Shown: in pieces, positions 16,173-25,996 of the stretch
Position numbering within the stretch: the stretch's first letter is position 1
How the letters are laid out: the number at the start of each line of letters is the position of its first letter
Sequence record: PX068455.1
DNA: 64,000 nucleotides
Strand: one strand, 5' to 3'
Origin: a phage
The notes under the pieces: model-generated
The model's input: the letters and a program-made list of their open reading frames with translations, nothing else
Databases searched by the model: none
What the model was told of the DNA's origin: nothing
Made by a program: the position numbers and the translations under genes

Positions 16173-16589
16173 TCAACAGAAAACTTCAACAAATTCTTCC
16201 ACAGTTTTAATGTCGTGGGAAAAAGGTTTACGGCTATAACGAGCAATAGCACTGTCAACCACCGCCCGGTACTCCAAATCTTCAGAATATTTCATGAAGC
16301 ATTGCAATGTCTCTGGACAGATAGCCAGATAGCTCCACCACCCCTCTTCAGATTGGTAGTCAAATCCCATACTCTCTAGCCACGAAGCGTATACACCTGC
16401 ACCTTCCAGCCAGTGAGTATTTTCATCAAGGAACTTGTTCACAGTCATGTGAGCTTCTAAGCATTTATCCAACTCTTTTCCGTTAACCAGCCACGCACTG
16501 ACAGTGGCGCATCCAAGGTCCACAGATTGGGTTGATAGATTGTATTGGTCATAGTTCTCAGGTTTAACAATGATATCTTCTAATGTCAT
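16173..16589 (-). CDS. hypothetical protein (138 aa)
   Basis: ORF track; follows GAAA-tetraloop terminator; SD AGAGAGGA. Confidence 0.5.
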   Translation of the reverse strand: MTLEDIIVKPENYDQYNLSTQSVDLGCATVSAWLVNGKELDKCLEAHMTVNKFLDENTHWLEGAGVYASWLESMGFDYQSEEGWWSYLAICPETLQCFMKYSEDLEYRAVVDSAIARYSRKPFSHDIKTVEEFVEVFC

Positions 16590-16604
16590 TTTTCAGTCCT
16601 CTCT

Positions 16605-16636
16605 ATACAAAAATGCCCCACCCTTTCGGGTAGGGC
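16605..16636 (-). terminator. Rho-independent terminator with GAAA tetraloop
   Basis: GCCCTACCC-GAAA-GGGTGGGGC followed by ATTTTTG on minus strand; near-identical element near 26774. Confidence 0.55.
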
Positions 16637-16651
16637 TATGTTAACTAGATG

Positions 16652-17878
16652 TTAAAAAGGTATGTCATCATCAAAGGCGTACTGTGCCGGATTCTGATCC
16701 ATCGGGTCGTCTTCCGCATCATCTACAGGAGGAGCGTCTACAGTGTTTTGCTGTGGGGCGGCTTCCTGTTTGGCAGCTTGAGGCTCTTGATGGTCAGTGG
16801 CTCCAGCACCGTTCTTGATCCAATCATACAACGGTTCAGCAAGATTAGTCAAGACATCTTTTGCCTCTGCAGTAATTGCTACTGCAAAATCATCAACTTT
16901 CGTTTTCTTGTCAATACGGCGACAAGCGTTCAATACCGCATTACCAACACTGGCACCTACTTCATCTTCAGTTCGGTTAGTGGCTTGAGCGTACTCTTTC
17001 TTAAGCTCGATGGTGACCACGTGCAGTGTTTTAGCCACATCTAAAGGGCTGTCAATCTTAAACCCGCGATCCAGGATGATCTGCAATGCATTGATACTGT
17101 GCCCTGTCTCTACACCGATGGGGTCGTAAGAGGATTTACGCTTACCACCAGAACCTTGTGTACCGTTCTCTGCTTTAGGCGGGTAGGCCTTGAAGCCGCT
17201 GATAATATTCCCGGTGTCTTTGTCAACAATAGCTGCAACACGACCGCCAACCACCAGGTCTTTAAGCTGCTCATCAGAGACAACCATAGCACCTTCACCA
17301 ATCTTGTGATCATTGACAGTAACCACGTTGCCAACAATCTGAGTCACATCACCATAGATGCGTAAAACGTCCTGATTGGCATTCTGCTGAGGTTTCTGCT
17401 TCTGGCCTTGTGATTGTGTGCCTTGTTGCTGTTTTTGTTGCTGTGGAGCTGCTGGAGCCTCTCCTGCCCCCAACTTAACCATTTTAGCCAGTGAGCCTTT
17501 GTAGTAGGTCTTGCCGTTATGCTCGTTTGCCTTCAAAGGGATATTTACGATCCATCCTGGCGTTACGGTTTCCCACTTGTCGTCAATTTTAACAGAGACG
17601 GAGTCTTGATGACCAGGCTTAAGCAGCTTATCACCCATACTGATCCAAACTTCTTCACCACCTTGGAGCAGGTTATCAGAGGAGTCCAGTTCAGAAATCA
17701 GTAAAGAGATGGTGTGGCTGGATTCAATTTTCTTACCTTGCCACACAGTGGTTTTAATACCTGTTGTAGGATCAGCACCTTTAATGGGCTTGATGCTGAC
17801 ACGTTTAATCATACCGTGAGCCAGTAAAACAGTTTCACGCGGATTCATCGGGTTGGCAAATTGTTGAATAACGCTCAT
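16652..17878 (-). CDS. ssDNA-binding-like protein with SSB-type acidic C-terminal tail (408 aa)
   Basis: C-terminus ...AFDDDIPF; Gln-rich linker QQQKQQQGTQSQGQKQKPQQ; ATG after SD AAGGAGA overlapping upstream stop (TAATG). Confidence 0.5.
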   Translation of the reverse strand: MSVIQQFANPMNPRETVLLAHGMIKRVSIKPIKGADPTTGIKTTVWQGKKIESSHTISLLISELDSSDNLLQGGEEVWISMGDKLLKPGHQDSVSVKIDDKWETVTPGWIVNIPLKANEHNGKTYYKGSLAKMVKLGAGEAPAAPQQQKQQQGTQSQGQKQKPQQNANQDVLRIYGDVTQIVGNVVTVNDHKIGEGAMVVSDEQLKDLVVGGRVAAIVDKDTGNIISGFKAYPPKAENGTQGSGGKRKSSYDPIGVETGHSINALQIILDRGFKIDSPLDVAKTLHVVTIELKKEYAQATNRTEDEVGASVGNAVLNACRRIDKKTKVDDFAVAITAEAKDVLTNLAEPLYDWIKNGAGATDHQEPQAAKQEAAPQQNTVDAPPVDDAEDDPMDQNPAQYAFDDDIPF

Positions 17879-18288
17879 TATTTGTCTCCTTGTTCTTCGT
17901 TGGTGTTTGCTGTGTGTGCAAACCCTGCTTGAATTAATTTGTCCTGCACTTGAGCCAACAGGCCCATTGCAAAACTTGTCGTCCCAGAAAGGGCCATTAG
18001 CATATCTCGTTGCTGAGCTACCCAACCTAAGGCATAATCTAAACGACGATATTTTTCTTCTTCGCGCAGAGCCTGAAATAACTGTTCAGCCTCTGGTTGT
18101 TGTGTGAGCTCCTGAAGTCTTCCCATAAAAGAAGAAAGTACCAGCAGAAGAGACACTTGATCTTTGCTTAACCCTAAGAAAAATTCTTGAGGTTGTTCTT
18201 GCTCGTTCATCGCAACCGACGCTTGATCGTTCATTTGTTCCATTGTGGAATCTCCGATTTTATTTGAACAACATAAAGGAGACACCAT
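17878..18288 (-). CDS. hypothetical protein (136 aa)
   Basis: ORF track; SD AGGAGA before ATG. Confidence 0.5.
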   Translation of the reverse strand: MVSPLCCSNKIGDSTMEQMNDQASVAMNEQEQPQEFFLGLSKDQVSLLLVLSSFMGRLQELTQQPEAEQLFQALREEEKYRRLDYALGWVAQQRDMLMALSGTTSFAMGLLAQVQDKLIQAGFAHTANTNEEQGDK

Positions 18289-18325
18289 TTTAGCATCTCC
18301 TTCTGTAAATTACAACAGCTATTTA

Positions 18326-18571
18326 TTAGCCAATTACTTCGAAAGTGCCCCAACTCCCGTTCAGCAGGCAGGTGATCGGATCACCATCATCGTCAATTAT
18401 TTCAAAGTTTTCAACATCCAGAATATGGTCATCGAACACAATACTTTCGTCACCACCACCAGAAACAACAGTGTATTCCTTACCTTGAGTCAAGTTTTGA
18501 CACCCTTTGCCACCAAAACCTACTTCAACACAACGTACTTTCTGTCCTGCGCGAGCAACTACTTCAGCCAT
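18326..18571 (-). CDS. small DDxGD-motif protein, paralogue family member 1
   Basis: Contains IDDDGDPITC; see tandem family finding. Confidence 0.5.
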   Translation of the reverse strand: MAEVVARAGQKVRCVEVGFGGKGCQNLTQGKEYTVVSGGGDESIVFDDHILDVENFEIIDDDGDPITCLLNGSWGTFEVIG

Positions 18572-18588
18572 CTTAAGGTCTCCTGATA

Positions 18589-18909
18589 TTAATCGTCAAG
18601 TTCAAAATAGATTTTAACAGCTTCATCAAAGATTGGAATCCCGATGTTGTTGATAAGCTGCCAAACTACCATATCTTTTCCTGGATCTGGGAGAATGTCA
18701 ACCTTTCTCCATGCGCTGTATATCCAGTTCGGACCGCCTTCTGCACTAACTGGTAGATTTTCACCAGCTTCCTGTAGATACTTATACAGCAAAAGGTATT
18801 CTGGATACTCTAGAACACTGTCCTCTGTAGTATACAGCAGTTCACGGTATACTTTCAAGAATCCTGTTGGGTTGATGTTTTCAGTCTTCATTTGCTGCTT
18901 CTCCTGCAT
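18589..18909 (-). CDS. hypothetical protein (106 aa)
   Basis: ORF track. Confidence 0.5.
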   Translation of the reverse strand: MQEKQQMKTENINPTGFLKVYRELLYTTEDSVLEYPEYLLLYKYLQEAGENLPVSAEGGPNWIYSAWRKVDILPDPGKDMVVWQLINNIGIPIFDEAVKIYFELDD

Positions 18910-19285
18910 TCATCAGATCTGCCATAGCGTCACCAACGAAGAGGACAACCACGTCGTTGACAGCGTCAGCATCATCTTTATTGATGTTGCTGAATTTGGG
19001 GCACACTGCAATGACCATATAGACCCCGTTGCCCAACTGAACAGTGCGTGTAGTGCACATCAGTGTGGTGCTTGTGCCTTCTTTAAAGGCAAATCCTTGC
19101 AGACGTTCTTCCAGAGAGCCACCTGTGGATTTCAACAAGGCAAGATCTCCCAGTGCGTAGGTAGTGTCCTCATAGGTCAGTCCAGAGGTCAATGTTGCCT
19201 TTCCATCAGAGACTATAATAACTCCATCGGCACCGTCAAGCTCAGAGGCTTCAAAGATATTAATATCCCAAATGTTTTTCATCAC
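18881..19285 (-). CDS. hypothetical protein (134 aa)
   Basis: ORF track; antisense 18644..19306 rejected. Confidence 0.5.
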   Translation of the reverse strand: MMKNIWDINIFEASELDGADGVIIVSDGKATLTSGLTYEDTTYALGDLALLKSTGGSLEERLQGFAFKEGTSTTLMCTTRTVQLGNGVYMVIAVCPKFSNINKDDADAVNDVVVLFVGDAMADLMNAGEAANED

Positions 19286-19554
19286 GCTTCCTCGTCATCT
19301 AAGTAATCATCAAGAGAGGTGAAGATTTCACCGAAGTATTCTAATACCTCCAGCTCTCTGGTGGTGCAACAAACATAATCTCCCTGGTCATCCTTGATAG
19401 TAGCCTCCTTACCTAGCACATCCACTTCAAATTCATCGTTTAGCAGGACGGCCCCTGTGTAAATTTTGTCTGCTGTGCAGTCCCGAAAAGCAGAGTCCTT
19501 CTCCAGATAGTCTGGCTTAACCTTGGCTTTAATTCGTTGATATTGTTTGGTCAT
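19282..19554 (-). CDS. small DDxGD-motif protein, family member 2
   Basis: ORF 19282..19614 trimmed to ATG with SD AAGGAG; KPDYLEKDSAFRDCT..IKDDQGDYVCCT parallels next gene. Confidence 0.5.
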   Translation of the reverse strand: MTKQYQRIKAKVKPDYLEKDSAFRDCTADKIYTGAVLLNDEFEVDVLGKEATIKDDQGDYVCCTTRELEVLEYFGEIFTSLDDYLDDEEA

Positions 19555-19617
19555 TGCTGTGGTCTCCTTTCGTTTTGATAGGGCCATTATATTAGACCCC
19601 ATCTCTATTGTCAAGTA

Positions 19618-19872
19618 TTAATGCTCAGGTTTTACAAAAACTACTTCGTTAACAGTGCACCAGACAGAATCCCCTTCATCATCTTTAAAGGTAAGACACT
19701 GGGCCGAGTTTTCCAACTCATCAAGTTCTTCTTGTGATAAACAGGTTCCTTCTTCCAGAAGGGCTTTTACCAAAGGGTTCTCACAAAACTCTGCTTCATA
19801 AATTGCACCGAGTGTGCAATCTTTAAAAGCTCGGTCATTTGCAACGCATTCTGGCTTCAAAGTGATTTGCAT
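19618..19872 (-). CDS. small DDxGD-motif protein, family member 3
   Basis: KPECVANDRAFKDCT..FKDDEGDSVWCT. Confidence 0.5.
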   Translation of the reverse strand: MQITLKPECVANDRAFKDCTLGAIYEAEFCENPLVKALLEEGTCLSQEELDELENSAQCLTFKDDEGDSVWCTVNEVVFVKPEH

Positions 19873-19948
19873 CTTAGCAGTCTCCTCAATTATTTAAAAA
19901 TCAAATCTCTGTTTGTGTGAAGTATCTTATATCCAATCTTACTTCTTG

Positions 19949-20347
19949 TCAATGGCTATTTTCAATCATCCACACAGGGTCGAGGTAAATTTGTTGGCGT
20001 TTTGCCCAATGACAAACTTCATTGTACATCTGAATCTCTTTGTCTGTCAATTCACGAATAGGCTCATCTATACCCTCATTTTTGTGGTAATCCCAGTCGG
20101 CATCGATTTCCCACAACCATGACTTACGATCTTCACGCTTACGCACACAGAAGTCCCCAGGACGGCCTGCCAGTGCATTTAAGAACTCGTTCTCCGCTCG
20201 CTCCTGAAGAATACTAAGGAGCAAAACGTTGGAGCATGACCGTAAAATATGCTTCAGCTCACAATCATCAATCTCAACTTCAATACGTTGCTTGACTGTG
20301 TGGGTACCTTTTACTAACATTCTACCTCCTCTATACAAACTCTGCAA
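19949..20347 (-). CDS. hypothetical protein (132 aa)
   Basis: ORF track. Confidence 0.5.
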   Translation of the reverse strand: MQSLYRGGRMLVKGTHTVKQRIEVEIDDCELKHILRSCSNVLLLSILQERAENEFLNALAGRPGDFCVRKREDRKSWLWEIDADWDYHKNEGIDEPIRELTDKEIQMYNEVCHWAKRQQIYLDPVWMIENSH

Positions 20348-20525
20348 GGGTTGTGTTGTTCACCGCACCGCAGTAGATGGAATATCCCAACCCATTAGGG
20401 TGCAGAAACCACGGCACACCTTGGTCATCCTTCACGTATACATCTCCATTTTTCGTGAAGGGCCAATACTCTTCCCCAAGGGTAAAATACCTACTCATAC
20501 CTTCAGCCAGATACTTTACTTTCAT
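20331..20525 (-). CDS. small DDxG-motif protein, family member 4
   Basis: VKDDQGVPWFLHPNG. Confidence 0.5.
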   Translation of the reverse strand: MKVKYLAEGMSRYFTLGEEYWPFTKNGDVYVKDDQGVPWFLHPNGLGYSIYCGAVNNTTLAEFV

Positions 20526-20749
20526 AGATCCTCTTCAACAGCTACAAACTTGGCAAGTAGGGTGGTTCCATAGATATGATACTCACCGTTTGCCAGATGG
20601 GAGATATACCAGGAGATACCGTCCTCGTCTTCGATCATATTGTTTCTGCGATCCTTATCGTAATAAACCTTGTAGACCTTACCTTCTTCAAAGAATGATA
20701 AATCTGTCATCTTCTCTTCTACAAACGTCGCTTTAACCAAAGTTGTCAT
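20522..20749 (-). CDS. small DDxG-motif protein, family member 5
   Basis: FFEEGKVYKVYY..IEDEDGISWYI. Confidence 0.5.
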   Translation of the reverse strand: MTTLVKATFVEEKMTDLSFFEEGKVYKVYYDKDRRNNMIEDEDGISWYISHLANGEYHIYGTTLLAKFVAVEEDL

Positions 20750-21030
20750 TGATCTGCCTCCTTCTTGTTAAGCCGGAACACTGCAATAATAGCATTTCCA
20801 AGATGCAGTGTCAAATCATTTCCCAGATACCACAGCATTCCACGGTCATCTTTAATGAAAGGGTAACAGTCTGGTGCCTTCCAGACATTATACACTTTGC
20901 CGACCTGAAAGAAATCAGGCCCTGTTGGAATTTTAGTACCGGGCCACACTTGAGACACCTGAACGCACTCTACCTGCATAATAACAGGAATAGTCATGGA
21001 GGTAAATGTTTTTGTCGGTTCTACTACCAT
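20746..21030 (-). CDS. small DDxG-motif protein, family member 6
   Basis: FFQVGKVYNVW..IKDDRGMLWYL. Confidence 0.5.
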   Translation of the reverse strand: MVVEPTKTFTSMTIPVIMQVECVQVSQVWPGTKIPTGPDFFQVGKVYNVWKAPDCYPFIKDDRGMLWYLGNDLTLHLGNAIIAVFRLNKKEADQ

Positions 21031-21081
21031 AAAAGTCTCCTCTCTTTGTCTAGCAACACTTCCGTGTGTTGATAGTTTACA

Positions 21082-23859
21082 TTAGTGACAATCGCCCCAG
21101 TTACGACCGCACAAGTATTCACCTGTGATCTGGAACGGAACGCCCATCATTTTAGAAGCCTGCCAGAAGCAATGCACCACCATTTCGCCCACAGGGCTCC
21201 AGATAAGTTCAAGCTTTCCGTCATCGTTCAAGATAGGATCGTATACCGTATTTCCGTCCTTGTCAACCATTTCGTTTCCATCCTCATCTTTGCGTGCCTT
21301 TTTGTACTTATGACCGTCGAACACATGAAGTTTAGCCTCCTGCTTGGCCTTAAATGTTTCCAGCTCTTCAATTGTGTCGAAGGTGTATACGGTTTTATAC
21401 TTAGGTGTGTCAGGCACTTGAAGCTGATATTCGTCATGGTAATAAATAATACGACGAACACCTTCATCATACCATCCACGCTTCACCATTTGGTGGTGCA
21501 TGAGGATTCCGACCAAGTCGCACAACGATGCACCGCCATTTTGCTGATATGCATTAAGCAAAGAGTGTTTAGAGCGGGTCCAAATGGCATGCCCGTCAAA
21601 AGAGTAGATAAATTTCTTACCTGTTGCTTCCCAGAATTTCTCCAGATCCTCTTTACGCCCCTTAAGGCCTGGGTTGGCATCCCAGAGAGCATCAATTACT
21701 CTCTGTCCAAGTTCTGGAGAGATATCTAGCATATCTGCAACTTTATCTTTTTGTGCCCCGTACATAACCCCATATGTGACAGGCTTACCATCGTTACGAG
21801 ACACCTCTCTACCTGCTACTTTTGTATATGCCTCAGCATTGTTTTGGTGCGCGTCCCCGTTACTTACAACATCATAATACAGACCGTTGTCAAACTCAAA
21901 GGCACCCCAGGCCCCGATGAGCTGCTCTAAGTTGGACCCGTCAATACCGATCTCAAAGTATCCCGGAGGAACACCCCACAGACTACGCATCTCTTTACCC
22001 ATAACCACTTTAGGAGATGGTTTAGGCATGTTTGCACAAATACTATGTTTCTGTCTGGAAGTGTTTGTTAATCCAGAACTTTTAGCAGGAAGCTTGTGGT
22101 CAATCTTCAAACGTGGATGATTAAGAAGACCAGTATCAACCTTATCTTCCTTGATTGGATCAAGGACCGATCTGCGGTTTCGCAATGATAACCACAAAAC
22201 GATATCTTTAGCCATCTCTCCGTTCAATTTTTCAAGATTCGGGCACAGGTGTCCAAACGTATCTTTCAGTTGCGGAGAAGTAATAAGCGCTCTGGCTTTT
22301 CTACGTATCTTCCCAAACACTTCCTTTTTAATCCTTTCTGAGTTAGGGAAGCTTCGGAACTTATGCACAGTTGTCTGGAACTTGGCATCAGTTTTGTTCC
22401 AGAAGTTGATAATTAGATCACAATACTCTGACTCTAAAAGCTCGTCCATATATGCATATACTCGTGCATCAACATCTGCATCAGGTAAAGCTTTCTTCTT
22501 ACTATCCTTAGTTACATCCTTAGTTCTCCACATTGTTGGGAGCCAACCAGCACTGATCAGGTATCGCTTGATGTCGTCCTGATTGCTGATTTTCATAGGT
22601 ATCTTGCAGTCAGGCATTCGCTTCTGCTGTAGGTCACTTATCGCCTGATCCATCAGCTCTTTAGGTAAAGGGTGTGGTGTAGAAGTTCCTTTGATATACC
22701 CCCTCAAGAAATCAGCCATCTTATCGGGGTCTTTACAGCCCATCTCTTCACACCATTTTATCCCCATCTTACTTACATCCCCTGTGGAGGTAAATGCTCG
22801 CTTAGGAGGGGCTTTAAATTCTAAAGCACTCATGTCTACAGGATAGCCAAGCTTGTCTTTTAACCATTTCCAACCATTATTGGAGATTGTCCCATCTTGG
22901 TTAAACGGCTTTTCAGGGAACTTAGGCCGTTGAGACATTGATAGCTCTTTTAAAGGAAGTTGTGGTTCAACACGATCAGCGATCTCTTTCATCCACGCAT
23001 CGCAGCGGTCACGTAAAGCAATAGCCCCATCTATGTCGAAATACACCCCCTGTCGAGCCTGCAGCTCCATCAGGAAGTGCTGTAACATGCCTCGGCGTAA
23101 TGCGTTCTTCCAGGTGATCTTCTTGAAGCCTTTCGGCTTCTCTTTGGCAGGATCGTACATAAAGTTCTGCATGTCAGATTTGCCGTAGAATACACCTTTT
23201 GATTCAGCTACCAACTCCTTCCAGAGCAACTCCTGAATGATAACGTCCTCGAACACACGATCCACATACTTCCACAGCGGAAGCTCACGCCAGTCATCGA
23301 TTTGAACTTTCTGGTTACCAAGGGCATAGCCCCATGCCATAAGGCCATGAGGCCCAACAGGCTGCATTTTCTTGGTAACTGGATTGAATACTGCGTCCGG
23401 ACAACCTTTTGGCAAAGGGCGGTCAGGCCACAAGATTCGACTCATCGCTAACGTATCAAACAGATTAACCTGGTGGTCGTTGATAGTTCCCATGCATTTA
23501 GGATCACGGAACATATCAAAATGAATACCGGATAATCTTTCCATCAGCATAAAGTCGTAACTGTAGCAGTTATGGCAGTTCAAAGCCGTAGGTGACCAGT
23601 CTGAATTGCCTGTAAGCCAGCCTTCCAACTCTGAAAAATCTGCTATGCGAGCCTCAAAATCTGTATAAAGGGTCTTCTTTGCCAGAATGAAGTTCTTAGC
23701 TTTCTCCACATCCTCTTCAGAGTAGTGTGTGCGGTCATTTAGGGGAAGGAACAGCATAAAACGGTTCTTATTCAGCTCTTTAAACAAACCGCAGTGATAA
23801 TAAAGATCTGGGTCTTCCAGCAAGCCAGAGGCCTCAAAATCGAACGACCACATGCTCAT
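21082..23859 (-). CDS. DNA polymerase, family A (Pol I-like) with 3'-5' exonuclease domain (925 aa)
   Basis: N-terminal exo motif SFDFEASG; Pol A motif B KPVTYGVMYGAQ; motif C YHDE; ATG with SD AAGGAGA. Confidence 0.85.
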   Translation of the reverse strand: MSMWSFDFEASGLLEDPDLYYHCGLFKELNKNRFMLFLPLNDRTHYSEEDVEKAKNFILAKKTLYTDFEARIADFSELEGWLTGNSDWSPTALNCHNCYSYDFMLMERLSGIHFDMFRDPKCMGTINDHQVNLFDTLAMSRILWPDRPLPKGCPDAVFNPVTKKMQPVGPHGLMAWGYALGNQKVQIDDWRELPLWKYVDRVFEDVIIQELLWKELVAESKGVFYGKSDMQNFMYDPAKEKPKGFKKITWKNALRRGMLQHFLMELQARQGVYFDIDGAIALRDRCDAWMKEIADRVEPQLPLKELSMSQRPKFPEKPFNQDGTISNNGWKWLKDKLGYPVDMSALEFKAPPKRAFTSTGDVSKMGIKWCEEMGCKDPDKMADFLRGYIKGTSTPHPLPKELMDQAISDLQQKRMPDCKIPMKISNQDDIKRYLISAGWLPTMWRTKDVTKDSKKKALPDADVDARVYAYMDELLESEYCDLIINFWNKTDAKFQTTVHKFRSFPNSERIKKEVFGKIRRKARALITSPQLKDTFGHLCPNLEKLNGEMAKDIVLWLSLRNRRSVLDPIKEDKVDTGLLNHPRLKIDHKLPAKSSGLTNTSRQKHSICANMPKPSPKVVMGKEMRSLWGVPPGYFEIGIDGSNLEQLIGAWGAFEFDNGLYYDVVSNGDAHQNNAEAYTKVAGREVSRNDGKPVTYGVMYGAQKDKVADMLDISPELGQRVIDALWDANPGLKGRKEDLEKFWEATGKKFIYSFDGHAIWTRSKHSLLNAYQQNGGASLCDLVGILMHHQMVKRGWYDEGVRRIIYYHDEYQLQVPDTPKYKTVYTFDTIEELETFKAKQEAKLHVFDGHKYKKARKDEDGNEMVDKDGNTVYDPILNDDGKLELIWSPVGEMVVHCFWQASKMMGVPFQITGEYLCGRNWGDCH

Positions 23860-23917
23860 ATACAGTTCTCCTTAAAGGGGAGGCGGTTGTACTACCCCTC
23901 CCACTCTTGGTTAAACA

Positions 23918-25996
23918 TTAAAAAGGTGTTTCGTCGTCTTCAAAACCAGGAACGTGGTTAGAGGACGGATCATCATACTGAAGATCTTCCTGTGTGTCAA
24001 CAGGGTTAACAGCAGGAGTTATAACCTTATCAGCCACAACCTTGCCCACAGGTGTTTCTACAACTGCATGCTCCTGATCCTCAAACATAGCTTGAGGTCT
24101 CCAAACAACCTCTCCACCTTCCCCGTCTGTAAACATCTGCATCTCTTTATCCCAATACCAATTGCTGGCATCGTGGAACTTGCCTGTGTGGGGATCCATA
24201 ACTAGGGTGTCCGCAATACCTAAGGTTTTTGCTGGGCGGTTTTTAAGACCTACCAGCCGGACACGTCCACGGGAACGATCCACCATCTCCTCTGCCTCTA
24301 CCCCGACAACCACCCAGCTAAGTTGCTCCAATCCGGCACTACCGCGAAGGTTCTCTTTTCGCACAGGGTACCAGAAAGGTAACGGATTTCCATCCTTATC
24401 CTTCGGAGGTACAATCTCTGTGCGCTTCAGGTGAGCAATCACCAAGATAAACACATTAAACTGCTTACAGAACGCGGCTAGTTGAGTCATAGCCATGTCA
24501 AGCTCTTTACGCTCATCCTTAACATTAAGCCCTGAAATCACCATAGACAAGTGATCCAGCACAATGTAACGGCAGTGATACAGGCACACCATTTGTTTAA
24601 GCTTAGTGATCAGCTCATCTACAGGGATGGAGCCGAAATGCTTGAACACTTTGATTTTTCCGGCCTTGGCCCAAGATTGATGAATCTCAGCGTGCTCCTG
24701 ATCGGTCAGGAACTGACTGGGGTCTTCAACAAACTCTTTAACATCAAACCCCAGCTGGTTAGCGTACAGAGAGTTGATTGCTTCCTCAGGATCCTCTTCA
24801 AGGTGAATCAGGCACAGGCGATCATCCTCTTCATAATCATCAGCTTTAGGGCATGTTGGGTCCATCAAGTATCTTGCAATGCAATGTTCCAGCTTCTTGG
24901 CTACAGTTGTTTTACCACCGCCAGACGGGCCTGTCAGCATCATCAAGGTGCCTTTGTGGAGTCCTTTCAGCATCTTCTGCAGTTTAGGGAACTCTGCACT
25001 AATATCCACGCCATTGGAAGTCTTCTTACGAAGAGATTCAATGGAGAAGTCTTCTAAATCAGATACAGCATCAGGCACATATTTGACTGGGTGACGGAAC
25101 ATGTTGACAATATCTTCCAGCTTTTTAGCCTTCAGCATGTCACGAATATCTTTTACACCATCAGGGTCGTTTACCTCACCTGGGTATTCCACGTGGTAAA
25201 CGTTGTCAGCCATCAAAAATGCTGCGATATTATGCGTAGCTTCAACACCTTTGATAACGTGTTTTTGCTTCTCTACCTCGTTAGCTGCATCGTTGTCCAT
25301 TGCAAGGACTACTGTTCCGTAGCTACGGATAAATTTCTCATTGTTCGCAAAAGTGTCTACGGCGTTTGCACACCCGCAGTTAATTCCGACAAAAGGCAGG
25401 CATGGTTTTCCTGCCAGATCACCGCCGTTGATAACTGCATCAATCCCATCCTGGACTTCTTTAGCCCACTGCTTCACCTTCGCTGGGGCTTTAGCATTGG
25501 TGAGAATACCTTTTACTTGTACCTGATATGCAGCCTGCCACGCTGCAATAACATCTCCTTCCCCCTCACAAACGTTAATCTGCTTGCGGTTGTTGGAGGA
25601 TGCACACAGCTTTTGACCAAACATCTGGGAGTTGGCCTTTACTATGCCGACAACCGAGAAATGGCCCCTTTGCTCTTTAGGGATTGTCCAGTCACGCTTT
25701 TTAAAGCCAGATAGATTACCGTAGCGGTCATAATACGGAAAGTAGGTGGCAGTAACAGTTACGCCATCCTCTTGGGATAGCGATGATCGTACACCAAAAT
25801 ATTGTGCAGCCATCAGTCCAATATTTTGTTGTGGAACAGGGACAATTTTAGTATTTTCTAAAACAGTCTCTACAGTTTCAACTTCTTTTTCATCACGATA
25901 GTCTCGTTTCACACTTCCCCCACTTTTATACTTAGTTGCTTTCGGGTTTGGCTCACCGAAACGGTTGTATGCAGATGCCATGAATTTACTGCCCAT
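23918..25996 (-). CDS. primase-helicase fusion (TOPRIM primase plus DnaB-like helicase; 692 aa)
   Basis: TOPRIM-like EGEGDV; Walker A GPSGGGKTT; Walker B-like ILVIAH. Confidence 0.8.
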   Translation of the reverse strand: MGSKFMASAYNRFGEPNPKATKYKSGGSVKRDYRDEKEVETVETVLENTKIVPVPQQNIGLMAAQYFGVRSSLSQEDGVTVTATYFPYYDRYGNLSGFKKRDWTIPKEQRGHFSVVGIVKANSQMFGQKLCASSNNRKQINVCEGEGDVIAAWQAAYQVQVKGILTNAKAPAKVKQWAKEVQDGIDAVINGGDLAGKPCLPFVGINCGCANAVDTFANNEKFIRSYGTVVLAMDNDAANEVEKQKHVIKGVEATHNIAAFLMADNVYHVEYPGEVNDPDGVKDIRDMLKAKKLEDIVNMFRHPVKYVPDAVSDLEDFSIESLRKKTSNGVDISAEFPKLQKMLKGLHKGTLMMLTGPSGGGKTTVAKKLEHCIARYLMDPTCPKADDYEEDDRLCLIHLEEDPEEAINSLYANQLGFDVKEFVEDPSQFLTDQEHAEIHQSWAKAGKIKVFKHFGSIPVDELITKLKQMVCLYHCRYIVLDHLSMVISGLNVKDERKELDMAMTQLAAFCKQFNVFILVIAHLKRTEIVPPKDKDGNPLPFWYPVRKENLRGSAGLEQLSWVVVGVEAEEMVDRSRGRVRLVGLKNRPAKTLGIADTLVMDPHTGKFHDASNWYWDKEMQMFTDGEGGEVVWRPQAMFEDQEHAVVETPVGKVVADKVITPAVNPVDTQEDLQYDDPSSNHVPGFEDDETPF

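Noticed and set aside
18644-19306. Long plus-strand ORFs antisense to minus-strand genes (18644..19306, 21085..21729, 24551..25057, 25091..25714, 48934..50145 and many shorter ones)
   Set aside because: They lie entirely inside motif-supported minus-strand genes and have low-complexity or Cys/Ser/Leu-rich translations with no RBS; treated as antisense artefacts.
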